Below are positions 17,971-27,431 of a stretch of DNA of 64,000 bases, piece after piece. The stretch spans positions 2,176,001 through 2,240,000 of the forward strand of contig OZ245006.1 of NCBI GenBank assembly GCA_965223545.1, read 5' to 3'. Source of the DNA: Planctomycetota bacterium. GTDB taxonomy: Bacteria > Planctomycetota > UBA1135 > UBA2386. The notes beneath the pieces were generated by a model, which saw only the letters and a program-made list of their open reading frames with translations, had not been told where the DNA came from and did no database searches. The position numbers and the translations under genes were made by a program. Within the stretch, counting starts at the first letter, position 1. Each line of letters begins with the position of its first letter.

Positions 17971-18792
17971 GTGATCACTCGGCAGGTGGCGTTGCTCCTG
18001 CCGCTCGCCTCGCTGTGCGCGGGGTGCAGCGGACTGCCCGGCCTGGATGCGCCACAGGTCGAGCTGATCCCCAAGCTCGCGATCCTGCGCGTGAAGGGAG
18101 ACGCGGCGATGCAGTCGACCACCACCGGTGGCGCGGTGCGCTCGAATGCGCGCATCGGTCTGTCCGAGCTGGGGGTCGATGACCGCGACGAGGACGTCGG
18201 CGGCACGATCGCGATGGGCGACGGTTTTTCGGGGTTCGAAATCGACTACCAGCGACTCGACCAGAAGTCCTCGCGCACCGGCACCCTGGGCGCCGCCTTC
18301 GGCGCCATCGAGGCGGGCGACGTGGTGCAGACCAAGGTCTTCATGGACGAGTTCCGGCTGCGCTACACCGCCGGCATCGTCGACTGGGAGCCAGTCGACG
18401 GGGCGAGGCTCCGCGCCGGCCCCGCGGTGGCGCTCACCCACCGCGAGATCGAGTTCCAGACCATCGAACAGACTCTGGCCCGGGCGCAGACGCTCGAGAT
18501 CAAGGACGACGGCGTGGCCTACATCGGCGCGCGCGCGCGCCTCGACGTCGGCCCCCTCGGCTTCCAGATCGACTGGGGGGTCAGCCCGGACTGGACCTTC
18601 GGCGGCGATTTTCGCGGCACCATGCACGATCTGGAGGCCACCGTGGCCTACCGGTTCGCGGACCACGACGTGACCGCGTTCGGCGGCTACCGGCGCAGTG
18701 AGCTGGAGGCGGAGGGCTACCGCGACGACCGGCGCTTCGACGCCGACCTGCTGATCGACGGCTACGTCTTCGGTCTGCGGCTGTCGTTCTAA
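17971..18792 (+). CDS. Outer-membrane beta-barrel protein with a possible lipobox
   Basis: LCAGC lipobox, alternating beta-strands, GGYR motif and C-terminal GYVFGLRLSF (terminal Phe). Confidence 0.75.
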   Translation: MITRQVALLLPLASLCAGCSGLPGLDAPQVELIPKLAILRVKGDAAMQSTTTGGAVRSNARIGLSELGVDDRDEDVGGTIAMGDGFSGFEIDYQRLDQKSSRTGTLGAAFGAIEAGDVVQTKVFMDEFRLRYTAGIVDWEPVDGARLRAGPAVALTHREIEFQTIEQTLARAQTLEIKDDGVAYIGARARLDVGPLGFQIDWGVSPDWTFGGDFRGTMHDLEATVAYRFADHDVTAFGGYRRSELEAEGYRDDRRFDADLLIDGYVFGLRLSF

Positions 18793-18816
18793 AGCCAGCG
18801 CGGGCGTGCGGCGCGA

Positions 18817-18849
18817 GGTGATGAACGGGAGCCTGGCTCCGTACGTTCA
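18817..18849. repeat. Solo REP-like unit (partial copy of one arm of the 38.9-kb palindrome)
   Basis: GGTGATGA-acg-GGAGCCTGGCTCCGTACGTTCA matches GGTGATGA-gtc-GGAGCCTGGCTCCGTACGTTCA at 39008-39040. Lies between convergent genes. Confidence 0.8.
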
Positions 18850-19758
18850 GCGGTGGAGGCGGCGGAGGGCGCGGCGCCAGAGGGGGGCGTTGGCGGCGTT
18901 GCGCCAGCGGCGGGCTTGGGCGCGCGCGGTGCGGCGCTCGGCGAGCAGGGCGGCGGCCCAGCCGGTGGGGGGCGGCAGGTCTGGGGGCTCGAAGTCGGTG
19001 ACGCAGTCGGTCAGCGCGCACGATTGCTCGTAGAGGCGCTGCTGCTCATCGGACACCGACGAGCTGCGCCGCAGGTCGTCGCTGTCGTAGGCCGAGTGCC
19101 GAAAGCTGCGGTCGGCGAACTCGGCAGCGGCGTCGCCGGGGTCGTTCAGCTGGAGACCGGCATCGGCGAAGCGTTCGCGTGCCGCCGCCAGCCAGGCCAC
19201 GGGGTCGGCCAGCACTCGCTCGTAGGTGGTCGGTAGCACCCAGTGGCCGGCCGCCGACCGCAGGGCGGCGCGGTGGTAGCACTCCCACAGCGCGACCGAG
19301 TGGGCCGGGTGGAAGCGGTCGCGCCGGGCCAGCGAGTCGGCAGTCTCCAGCGGGTTGCGGACAACCAGCACGATCATCGGCCGCACCGCCAACAGGCGCT
19401 CCCAGTACGGCAGCAGCAAGCACAGCCGCGGGTCCTTCCACAGCCAAGGACGGGACGGGAAGTTGCGGCGGAAGGCGGCGGACGCTTCGCCGACGAGAGC
19501 CTGCGCCCGCGGATCGTCGGCGAAGTCCTCCGCCAGCTCCGGCGGCGCCGACCATTCGCCATCGAACGCGGCGAACAGCCGCTCGTTGGTGGCGGTCAAC
19601 TCCATCACTTCTTGGTTGCCGCGCGGATTGAACTCGGTCGGCGCGTACAGCGTGGACGCACCGGGCAAGTACAGGCCGAGCTTGCTCAGCAAGCCGGTGA
19701 CCAAGGATGTGCCGCTGCGGTGCATGCCGAGCACGACGACGGCGTCCCGCGCAGTCAT
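18847..19758 (-). CDS. Sulfotransferase-family protein
   Basis: VVLGMHRSGTS (PAPS-binding loop), WKDPRLCLLLPYW and VRNPLETADSL. Confidence 0.85.
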   Translation of the reverse strand: MTARDAVVVLGMHRSGTSLVTGLLSKLGLYLPGASTLYAPTEFNPRGNQEVMELTATNERLFAAFDGEWSAPPELAEDFADDPRAQALVGEASAAFRRNFPSRPWLWKDPRLCLLLPYWERLLAVRPMIVLVVRNPLETADSLARRDRFHPAHSVALWECYHRAALRSAAGHWVLPTTYERVLADPVAWLAAARERFADAGLQLNDPGDAAAEFADRSFRHSAYDSDDLRRSSSVSDEQQRLYEQSCALTDCVTDFEPPDLPPPTGWAAALLAERRTARAQARRWRNAANAPLWRRALRRLHR

Positions 19759-20864
19759 CGCCGCAGCTCCTCGAACGCCGGCGCGGTGGCGATCGTCTCG
19801 GCGCCGAGGGCGTTGCCGGCGGCGTTCCAATGCGAATCGTCGACCAGATAGAGCGCTTCGCCGGCCGCGGTGCGCCGCCGCAGCTCCGGCAGCGGATCGA
19901 CGTACTGCAGCCCCAGGCCTTCACACACCGCCCGCAGCAGACGTTGCGGCCGGTCGAAGTCGAACTCGTCGGCCGTCCGGCCACGCTGCGACAGCAGCTC
20001 CAGCACCTCGGCGCGGAGCTCCAGGTTGACCTGGAACTCGTCGGGAATGGCGAGCACCACGACCGGTCGCGGAGCGACCGCATCGCGAATCCGGCGCAGC
20101 TCTTGGGCAGAGATCTGCCAGGCGCGGTCGTAGTCGTCGGCAGCGCGCTCCGGGTCCGCGCAGATGTCCATCCGCTTGCACTCGACGTCCAAGTACCAGG
20201 CGTGCCGGTCCGGCGGCGGGGTCAAGACCGACGCGATCAACCGGTAGAGGTGCGACCGGCGCAGCTGCCGGCGCCACCAGGGCGGCGGCGCAAAGCCCTC
20301 GGGCGCCAGCTCGCCGTTGACGACCACGGTGCGCCGCAGGCCGAGATTCTCCCACAGGTCGTTGCCCACGAAGAACGCCACCACGACGACGTCGGGCTCG
20401 TAGGCGAGGCCGAACTTCTCCAGCCACGCGCGCTGCTGGACCGTCGAGAAGCCGGGCACGCCGGCATTGACGACGTCGACCGAGTCGGCCAAGCGCGTCT
20501 GCAGCTGGCGGGCAAAGGTGTCCTCCAACCGCATGCCCGAACCGAACGCGAACGAGTCGCCGAGCACCAACACGCGCCGCACGCCGGACGGCTTCTGCAC
20601 GGCGCGCTCGATGTCGCGCAGCCCCTGTGCATTGGTCTGCACGTTGCCCCATCGGTGATCCGGGCGCAGCCGGTAGCCGGTGTCCGGATCGGCTTGGTAC
20701 ATGCCGTGGCCGGTGAAGGTCCCGGCCTGCGGTGCCAGCCAGCGCACCGCCAGCTCCGCTACGATCAGGCTGACCAGCCCTGCCGCGGCACACGCCGCCA
20801 GCCGAGCAACCCACGAGCGGCGCCGAGCGAGCACGGGCGCGGTTGACGTCGTCGCGCTCGCCAA
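19755..20864 (-). CDS. Membrane-anchored SGNH/GDSL hydrolase (AlgX-like acetyltransferase/esterase)
   Basis: LGDSFAFG, NAGVPG, VGND and DSHWN motifs. Confidence 0.88.
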   Translation of the reverse strand: MASATTSTAPVLARRRSWVARLAACAAAGLVSLIVAELAVRWLAPQAGTFTGHGMYQADPDTGYRLRPDHRWGNVQTNAQGLRDIERAVQKPSGVRRVLVLGDSFAFGSGMRLEDTFARQLQTRLADSVDVVNAGVPGFSTVQQRAWLEKFGLAYEPDVVVVAFFVGNDLWENLGLRRTVVVNGELAPEGFAPPPWWRRQLRRSHLYRLIASVLTPPPDRHAWYLDVECKRMDICADPERAADDYDRAWQISAQELRRIRDAVAPRPVVVLAIPDEFQVNLELRAEVLELLSQRGRTADEFDFDRPQRLLRAVCEGLGLQYVDPLPELRRRTAAGEALYLVDDSHWNAAGNALGAETIATAPAFEELRR

Positions 20865-20868
20865 CGCG

Positions 20869-22125
20869 CTACCCGTTGCCGGTCGGCGCCCCGTCGGGGG
20901 CCGGTTTCAGCACTTCGACCTGCCAGCGGCGCGGCGCATAGAACAGGCCGAGCTCCTTGTCGCGGTTCTGGATGACCAGGTTTTGCCGGCAGGGCATCTC
21001 GTGGAAGCGGTGCACACCGCGCGCGTCCAAGAGCCAGACCGGCACCACGAACTTGCCCGACAGCAGGCTGATCTGCGGCAACACCAAGGTGACCACCGCC
21101 TCCTCGGCTTCGATCACCACCGAGTCGAACTCCGAGGTCATCGCCAAACACAGAGTGCCATCCGAACGAGTGAAACCGACGGCGAGCGTCAACGGCTCGT
21201 AGACGGCGCCGTTCTTCACGTGCACGCGGACGCCGACGTCTTCGCGCGGAGCGAACACGTTGCGCGGCTTGCCGGTGCGCGGATCGACGAGCTCGGCCGA
21301 CATGATGCAGGCCGGATCGGGGCGGTCGACGCGCTGCGGCTCGGGCCGGCCGCTCTCCTCGTTGAACGGCGAGATGTCCTCCGGCTCCGCCGACCGCGAC
21401 TTCTGGAACGTGGCGTACTCGTTGGTAACCACCACCGAACTGTCGTGCAGCGCGATCTCGCCATCGCGCATCCACAGTGCCTGGTCGCAGATCTGGCGCA
21501 CGTCGTAGAGCGAGTGCGAGCAGAAGAACATGGTCTTGCCGCGCGCGCGGTAGCTCATGATCCGCTCGACACACTTGCGGCGGAAGTGCATGTCGCCCAC
21601 CGCCAGGATCTCGTCGAGGATCAGCACATCGGGCTCCACGGCGACGGCGACGCTGAAGCCCAGCCGGCAGACCATGCCCGAGGAGTAGGTGCGGATCGGC
21701 GCGTCGATGAAGTCGTGCAGCTCGGAGAAGTCGAGGATCTCGTTGAACTTGCCCTTGGCCTCCTTGCGGGTGAAACCCATCAAGGCGGCGTTCATGTAGA
21801 TGTTCTCACGCCCGGTGAAGTTGCGGTTGAAGCCGGCGCCGAGCTCGAGCAAGCTCGCGACGCGGCCGCGCAACGTGTAGCTGCCCGACGTCGGGTACGA
21901 CGTGCCGGTCAGGATCTTGAGCAGCGTCGACTTGCCGGCGCCGTTGGCCCCCACCAACCCGACGCAGGAGCCCGGCTCGACCTCGAACGACACGTTCTTC
22001 AGCGCGTGCACCTCGCGGTAGCGCTTGGTCTTGTCCCACGGCAGCTTCTCCTGCAACCGCCCCCAGGGGCTGCGGTAGAGCCGGTAGACCTTGGAGACGT
22101 CGACGACTTTGATCGCGGGGTCCAT
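20869..22125 (-). CDS. wzt: Polysaccharide ABC transporter ATP-binding protein with a C-terminal Wzt domain
   Basis: GANGAGKSTLL, YSSGMVCRLGF and LDEILAVGD, followed by a C-terminal extension. Confidence 0.88.
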   Translation of the reverse strand: MDPAIKVVDVSKVYRLYRSPWGRLQEKLPWDKTKRYREVHALKNVSFEVEPGSCVGLVGANGAGKSTLLKILTGTSYPTSGSYTLRGRVASLLELGAGFNRNFTGRENIYMNAALMGFTRKEAKGKFNEILDFSELHDFIDAPIRTYSSGMVCRLGFSVAVAVEPDVLILDEILAVGDMHFRRKCVERIMSYRARGKTMFFCSHSLYDVRQICDQALWMRDGEIALHDSSVVVTNEYATFQKSRSAEPEDISPFNEESGRPEPQRVDRPDPACIMSAELVDPRTGKPRNVFAPREDVGVRVHVKNGAVYEPLTLAVGFTRSDGTLCLAMTSEFDSVVIEAEEAVVTLVLPQISLLSGKFVVPVWLLDARGVHRFHEMPCRQNLVIQNRDKELGLFYAPRRWQVEVLKPAPDGAPTGNG

Positions 22126-22130
22126 CGCCT

Positions 22131-23069
22131 TCACACCAGGTCCGAGAACTTGTGCTTGCGGCTCATGAACAGGCCGTAGCCGATCACGAAAGTGAGCACC
22201 GCCCAGCCGGCACCGACTGCCAAGACCGTGCCGAGCGAATGCGGGATGTAGCCTGCGCGCATGGCGGGATCGAGGTCCGCGCCGACGCCGAACACCAGGC
22301 GCTGCCCAGCGAGCAAGGGGTACGCCGGGTTGAGGAACAACAGGTCGTACGGGTTGTCGGGCGCGATCTTCTCCAAGAACGGTCGCACCTGACTGGCCGG
22401 CCAGAACACGGGCGAGCCGAAAAACCACGCCAGCGACAAGATCGGCCACAGCTGCGACACGTCGCGCACGAAGACGTTGACCGTCGCCAGGATCAGCCCG
22501 AGCCCGAGGCAGAAGACCAGCAGACAGACGATCAGCAGCGGCCACGCCAGCATCGGCCAACCGAGCGCCGAGACTCCGGTCAGCCCACCGAACAGCAAGA
22601 GGATGCCGCAGGCGACGACGTACACGGCGACCGCGACCAGCACCGGCGTCAGCGGCAGCAGCTCACAGGGAAACGCGACCCGTTTCACCAGGTTGGCATT
22701 GCCGACGATCGCCGTCAGGCCCTGGTTGGCCGACTCCTGGATGGTGCCGAACAGCAGCACCCCGGCGAACAGGTAGACCGCGAACATGACGCTCGGCGAT
22801 GCCCCGCCCTCGCCCTTGCCGCCGAACAGGTAGCCGAAGACGAAGAAGTAGACCAAGAACTGGAACACCGGCTGCACCAGCACCCAGAGCAACCCGCCGG
22901 CGCTGCCGCGGAAGCGGCCGAGCAGCGCGCGCCGGGCAAAGTGCCAGACCAGGATCCGCGAATCCGCGACCAGCGAGGGATAGCGGTAGGACCACAGGGC
23001 GTGCCGCAGCACTCCCCGCGGCGCGGTCTCGGCCGAGTAGTGGTGGACGATCGACGAGCTGCTGGTCAC
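22131..23069 (-). CDS. wzm: Polysaccharide ABC transporter permease
   Basis: RFRGSAGGLLWVLVQP, NANLVKRVAFP, VFVRDV and FFGSPVFWP. Confidence 0.88.
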   Translation of the reverse strand: MTSSSSIVHHYSAETAPRGVLRHALWSYRYPSLVADSRILVWHFARRALLGRFRGSAGGLLWVLVQPVFQFLVYFFVFGYLFGGKGEGGASPSVMFAVYLFAGVLLFGTIQESANQGLTAIVGNANLVKRVAFPCELLPLTPVLVAVAVYVVACGILLLFGGLTGVSALGWPMLAWPLLIVCLLVFCLGLGLILATVNVFVRDVSQLWPILSLAWFFGSPVFWPASQVRPFLEKIAPDNPYDLLFLNPAYPLLAGQRLVFGVGADLDPAMRAGYIPHSLGTVLAVGAGWAVLTFVIGYGLFMSRKHKFSDLV

Positions 23070-23183
23070 GGTCTGCGCTGGCCCCAGGGCGAACCTCTCA
23101 GAGTACCTCGGCGCCGGCAATGGCGGAAGGCGGACCCTGGGTGAGGCTCCGCGATCCGCCCCTGGCGACGCCGAGTCCCACCT

Positions 23184-23999
23184 CTAGTCGCTGTCGGCGC
23201 CCTCCAGGACGATCTTGAGAACGTCCAGCTGGCGGCAATCGCAGGCGACGCCGAGGAGGTCCGCCAGCGCGGGCCGGGTGCGGCCGCCGTCCCCGCTGAT
23301 CCACTCCTTAACGTAGGTGCCGTGCGCGCAGCGCACGTCGATCTGCAGGGCGCCACTGTCGAGAACCGCGACGCCGACGATCTCGACGCGGCGTTCCCGA
23401 TCGAGATCGGCGCGCCGGTGGGCCACCCGCTGGGGCGTCCGCTGGCTGATGTCCAGGGCTTGCCCGATCAGCTCTTGGGCGGCGGTGGGGTCGACGGCGG
23501 CACCGAGCTCGACCTCGGCGCGGTAGACCTTGTCGAAGCGAGATTCCTTCCAATACGCCACCCGGGCGCGCGGCACACGCACGAACGGTGCCAGCTGGAT
23601 GCGGTCGCCGTCCCGCTCGTGGATGCGCCGGCGCAGCTCCTCCAGGTCGACCTCGAGAGCACGCGCACCGACCACCTCGAAGACGAACGGCCGCCCATCG
23701 CCGAGCATGCGCACGTCGATGTCCTCGCGGCCGGCGCCGTGGAATTTGCCGTCGCGGGCGCGGAATGCGGGCAACGCCTGGCGCCCGATCAGCTCCTGCA
23801 CGGATTCGTCGGTGAGCTTGCCCCGGCCCCCGCACCGCGCGCATCCCTGCCGGCGCCGCCGGTGCCCCTTGCACTCGGGACAGTAGAAGATCGTCTGCGG
23901 CAGCCCGCGCACCAGCTTCTGGTAGGCGGACTCGAGATAGATCGACACCTTGGGCCGCGGTCGGTGCCCGACCGGCCGCGTCTGCTGCTCGGCACTCAC
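23184..23999 (-). CDS. pus10: tRNA pseudouridine synthase Pus10-like (catalytic domain only)
   Basis: YQKLVRGLPQT, CPEC..CARC, SVQELI, FHGAGREDIDVRMLGDGRPF, QRTPQRVAHRR, GTYVKEWISGDGGRTRP and LDV. Confidence 0.85.
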   Translation of the reverse strand: MSAEQQTRPVGHRPRPKVSIYLESAYQKLVRGLPQTIFYCPECKGHRRRRQGCARCGGRGKLTDESVQELIGRQALPAFRARDGKFHGAGREDIDVRMLGDGRPFVFEVVGARALEVDLEELRRRIHERDGDRIQLAPFVRVPRARVAYWKESRFDKVYRAEVELGAAVDPTAAQELIGQALDISQRTPQRVAHRRADLDRERRVEIVGVAVLDSGALQIDVRCAHGTYVKEWISGDGGRTRPALADLLGVACDCRQLDVLKIVLEGADSD

Positions 24000-24076
24000 G
24001 CCGCCAGGCTATTCCCGGCGGGCGCAGGCCGCAAACCGCGGTTCTCGGGCCGCCCCACGGCCGGCGGAGGGCCGGC

Positions 24077-24460
24077 TCAGCGACGCGCCGGCTCTTCCTT
24101 GCGACGGGAGTGCAACCGACTCACCAGCCGGAAGAAGTCGGTCACATCGAGCGGCGTATGGAGGAAGGAGCCGATGTTGAGCCGAGACTTCTCACCCGCC
24201 AGATCCCGGGCCTGGCGCTCCTCGGTGACGACGACCACGTCGGTGTGCTTGTCGAAGGTGCGCAGGTGCTCGAGCAGCCGCAGGCCATCCCGGTTGCGCG
24301 GGTCGATGGCCAAGAACACGCAGTCGTATTGGTGCTGGCGCACCTCGTTGATCGATGCGTATCCTTCGCCGACGGTGATGTTGAACTCGGGGAACTGCTG
24401 TAGGCCGACCTTGATCTGGTCGCGCACCAGGTTGTCCCGAACGACGAGCAGGATGTCCAT
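24077..24460 (-). CDS. Single-domain atypical response regulator receiver
   Basis: CheY-like pattern (ILLVVRD, YDCVFLAID, DGLRLL, VVVVT, FLHTP). Confidence 0.75.
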   Translation of the reverse strand: MDILLVVRDNLVRDQIKVGLQQFPEFNITVGEGYASINEVRQHQYDCVFLAIDPRNRDGLRLLEHLRTFDKHTDVVVVTEERQARDLAGEKSRLNIGSFLHTPLDVTDFFRLVSRLHSRRKEEPARR

Positions 24461-24538
24461 GATCTGGCTTTCGGCGAGGGCGCCCGCACCCCGGATCGGG
24501 GCACTCCGTCTCTATCTTCGGCGACCCGCGGACGGCGC

Positions 24539-25486
24539 TTGAACTGGCTCGCCGGAGTCGACGAGGCCGGACTCGGGCCGATCCTGGGCCCGCTGGTCGT
24601 CGGCGGCGTGGCGATGGCCGGCCCCGCCGGGGTCGACCCGTGGCGGGCGCTGCGGACGACGGTCTGCCGGCACAAGGCCGAGAAGGACAAGATCCGGGTC
24701 GCCGACAGCAAGAAGGTCAACCAGGGCCCACACGGCCTGCTGCGCCTGGAGCAGACGGTGCTGACGTTCCTCGGCGCGATGCAGGGGGCCCCACCCGCCA
24801 CCGTCGCGGACTTGTTGTCCGGGCTTGGCGTGGACGTCGCCCCACTGCGCCAATGCCCTTGGTATCGGGACTTGTCCCAGCCACTCCCGCTGCGGGACGC
24901 AGCAGACACCCTGGAGCTGCGCGCCCACAACCTGGCCCGCAGCATGGCGCGCCGCGACCTGCGCGTCGGCCACCTTGTCGCCGCGGTGATCGACGCCAAG
25001 GAGTTCAACGATCTCATCGCCGAGACGGACAACAAGAGCCGGACTCACTTCGCCGCCTACTCCCGCGTGCTCGGCACCCTGCTCGACGTGCTGCCGGCGG
25101 GCGCGCACCTGGTGGCCGACCGGTGCGGCGGCATCACCCACTACGTGCCCGCCCTGCGGCGAGGCCTGGGCCGCGTCCGGCTGCGCACGGTCGAGGAGAG
25201 CGCCGGTCAGTCTCGATATGAGATCGGCGCCGATGCCGATCCGGTGCGCGTGACGTTTGCGGTGCAGGGTGAGGACCGCTCCTTCCCCACCGCGCTGGCG
25301 AGCTGTGTGGCGAAGTACGTCCGCGAGCTGCTGATGCATCTGCTCAACCGCTGGTTCCAGGAGCGCGTGCCCGACCTTGCCCCGACCGCCGGCTATTACT
25401 CCGACGGGCACCGATTCGTGCGCGCGATCCAGCCGGTCCTCGCGCACGGGGAATTCCCGGAAGAGCTGCTGATTCGCTGTCGCTGA
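24539..25486 (+). CDS. rnhB: Ribonuclease HII
   Basis: AGVDEAGLGPILGPLVV, DSKK, ALASCVAKYVRE and GYYSD. Confidence 0.82.
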   Translation: MNWLAGVDEAGLGPILGPLVVGGVAMAGPAGVDPWRALRTTVCRHKAEKDKIRVADSKKVNQGPHGLLRLEQTVLTFLGAMQGAPPATVADLLSGLGVDVAPLRQCPWYRDLSQPLPLRDAADTLELRAHNLARSMARRDLRVGHLVAAVIDAKEFNDLIAETDNKSRTHFAAYSRVLGTLLDVLPAGAHLVADRCGGITHYVPALRRGLGRVRLRTVEESAGQSRYEIGADADPVRVTFAVQGEDRSFPTALASCVAKYVRELLMHLLNRWFQERVPDLAPTAGYYSDGHRFVRAIQPVLAHGEFPEELLIRCR

Positions 25487-25709
25487 ATTGGCTGTAGAAC
25501 GAGGCGCCCCCGCCGGAAGCCCGGCCTCCCGCCGCCGGACGGGGTAGAATGGGATGGGGAAACGGGGATCGACGGTCCCACCCAGCGGGTGTACGATCCG
25601 TCCTCTCGCCCCTCCGGTCACGACCGGCCACCAACGGACCGCCAATCCGGTGGCTCGGCCCGCGCCGAGTGCGTTTCTCCACCCTCGCTCGCCAACACGG
25701 AATGCGCAC

Positions 25710-27290
25710 GTGAAGATTCAGCTGATCCACCCGCCGGTCTATCTGAACGTCTATGCGATGACCGCGCTGCGGCCGAGTCTGCCGCTCGGTCTCGCCTACG
25801 TCGCGGCAGCGCTCCGCAAAGCCGGCCACGACGTCAGCGTGCTCGACGCCGTCGGCGAGGCCCCCGACCAGGTGACCCCGGGCCTGCGCCGGCAGATCTC
25901 CGCGCTCGGCCTCACGGCCGACGAGATCGTCGAGCGGTTGGCGCCGGACGCGGACGCCTTCGCGCTGACCAACACGTGGTCGTTCTCCTGGCCGATCGTG
26001 CGCGAGATCCTGATCAAGATCAAAGCGGCCCGGCCGGACGTGCCGATCGTCTGTGGCGGCGAGCACTTCACCGGTCTTCCCGAGTTCTCGATGGAGCAGT
26101 CGCCGATCGACTGCATCGTGCTGGGCGAGGGTGAGGAGGGTGCGGTCGAGTTGTTCGGCGCAATGGCACGCGGCGACACCGACCTGGCCAGCATCGCCGG
26201 CATCTGGTACCGCGACGCCGACGGCAAGCCGATCGCGAGCGCCGCGTCGCGCGCCCGCACCAAGGCAGTGGACGACATCCCCTGGCCGGCGTGGGACCTC
26301 TTCGACGTCCGCGCGTACGACGAGCGCAAGCTGGTGACCGGCATCCACTACGGGATGACGATCCCGATCATGGCGACCCGTGGATGCCCGTACCAGTGCA
26401 CCTATTGCTCCAACGCCAACATGTGGGGCACGCGGTGGTACGCGCGAAACCCGGTCGACGTGGTCGACGAAATCCAACACTGGCACGAGACTTACCAGGC
26501 GACCAACTTTCCCTTCCACGACCTCACCGCGATCCTGAAGAAGGATTGGATCCTGCAGTTCTGCCGCGAGTTCCACGCGCGCGGACTGCACGAGAAGGTC
26601 TCGTGGCAGCTGCCTTCCGGAACGCGCGTCGAGGTCATCGACGACGAGGTCGCGATGTGGCTGGCCCGCACCAACGGCAAATCGCTCAACTACGCGCCCG
26701 AGAGCGGCAGCCAGGCCACGCGCAAGCGCATCAAGAAGCACATGAAGGACGAGGCCCTGCTGCGCGCGGTGCGCGCCGCAGCCAAGCACCGTCTCGTGGT
26801 GGCGTCCTTCTTCGTCGCGGGCTTTCCCGAAGACACCGTCGACGACCTCAAGCAGACCGTCAAGCTGGCGCGGCGTCTCGCGTGGCACGGAATCACCGAC
26901 ATGGCGTTCGGCTTCTTCTTCCCGATCCCGAACACCGAGCTCTACTGGCAGCTGAAGAAGGAAGGTCGGATCGAGTTGACCGACGACTTCCTGTTGACCC
27001 CGATCTTCGCCAACGAGGCCAAGGTCGACGAAGCCAACAACTACAGCTACAACCTGTCCGCCAAGCAGCTCACGCGGTGGCGTTACTGGACGCTGCTCAA
27101 CTTCTACGCGATTTCCTACGGCACCCGGCCGTGGCGCTTGCTCTCCACGCTGTGGAACTCGTTCACCGGCAAGGAGACGCGCAAGATGGAGACCTTCCTG
27201 ATCGACATCCGGCGAAAGATCAAGGTCAACATCAAGGGAATGCTGACGGCGCGCAAGGGCAACAAACCCGCGGACAACATCGCCGCCTGA
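25710..27290 (+). CDS. B12-binding radical SAM enzyme
   Basis: PLGLAYVAAAL, GGEHFT, TRGCPYQCTYC (CxxxCxxC), PESGS and GFPEDT. Confidence 0.92.
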   Translation: MKIQLIHPPVYLNVYAMTALRPSLPLGLAYVAAALRKAGHDVSVLDAVGEAPDQVTPGLRRQISALGLTADEIVERLAPDADAFALTNTWSFSWPIVREILIKIKAARPDVPIVCGGEHFTGLPEFSMEQSPIDCIVLGEGEEGAVELFGAMARGDTDLASIAGIWYRDADGKPIASAASRARTKAVDDIPWPAWDLFDVRAYDERKLVTGIHYGMTIPIMATRGCPYQCTYCSNANMWGTRWYARNPVDVVDEIQHWHETYQATNFPFHDLTAILKKDWILQFCREFHARGLHEKVSWQLPSGTRVEVIDDEVAMWLARTNGKSLNYAPESGSQATRKRIKKHMKDEALLRAVRAAAKHRLVVASFFVAGFPEDTVDDLKQTVKLARRLAWHGITDMAFGFFFPIPNTELYWQLKKEGRIELTDDFLLTPIFANEAKVDEANNYSYNLSAKQLTRWRYWTLLNFYAISYGTRPWRLLSTLWNSFTGKETRKMETFLIDIRRKIKVNIKGMLTARKGNKPADNIAA

Positions 27291-27431
27291 CGGCCGGCGC
27301 GCCCGATCGGCGTCGAACGCGCGCCGAATCTCCGCAAAGCGTTTCGCTGTCGCGGCGAAGACGCTAAGCAAGAGGGCGGAGCCGCGGCGCTTGGCCGACC
27401 TCCGCTCGATGACGCGTTATCCGGTCGTCCG

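Noticed and set aside
25487..25709. Possible cobalamin riboswitch upstream of the B12 radical SAM gene
   Set aside because: I could not find the B12-box or the other conserved elements; only a TAGAAT -10-like box and small hairpins are present.
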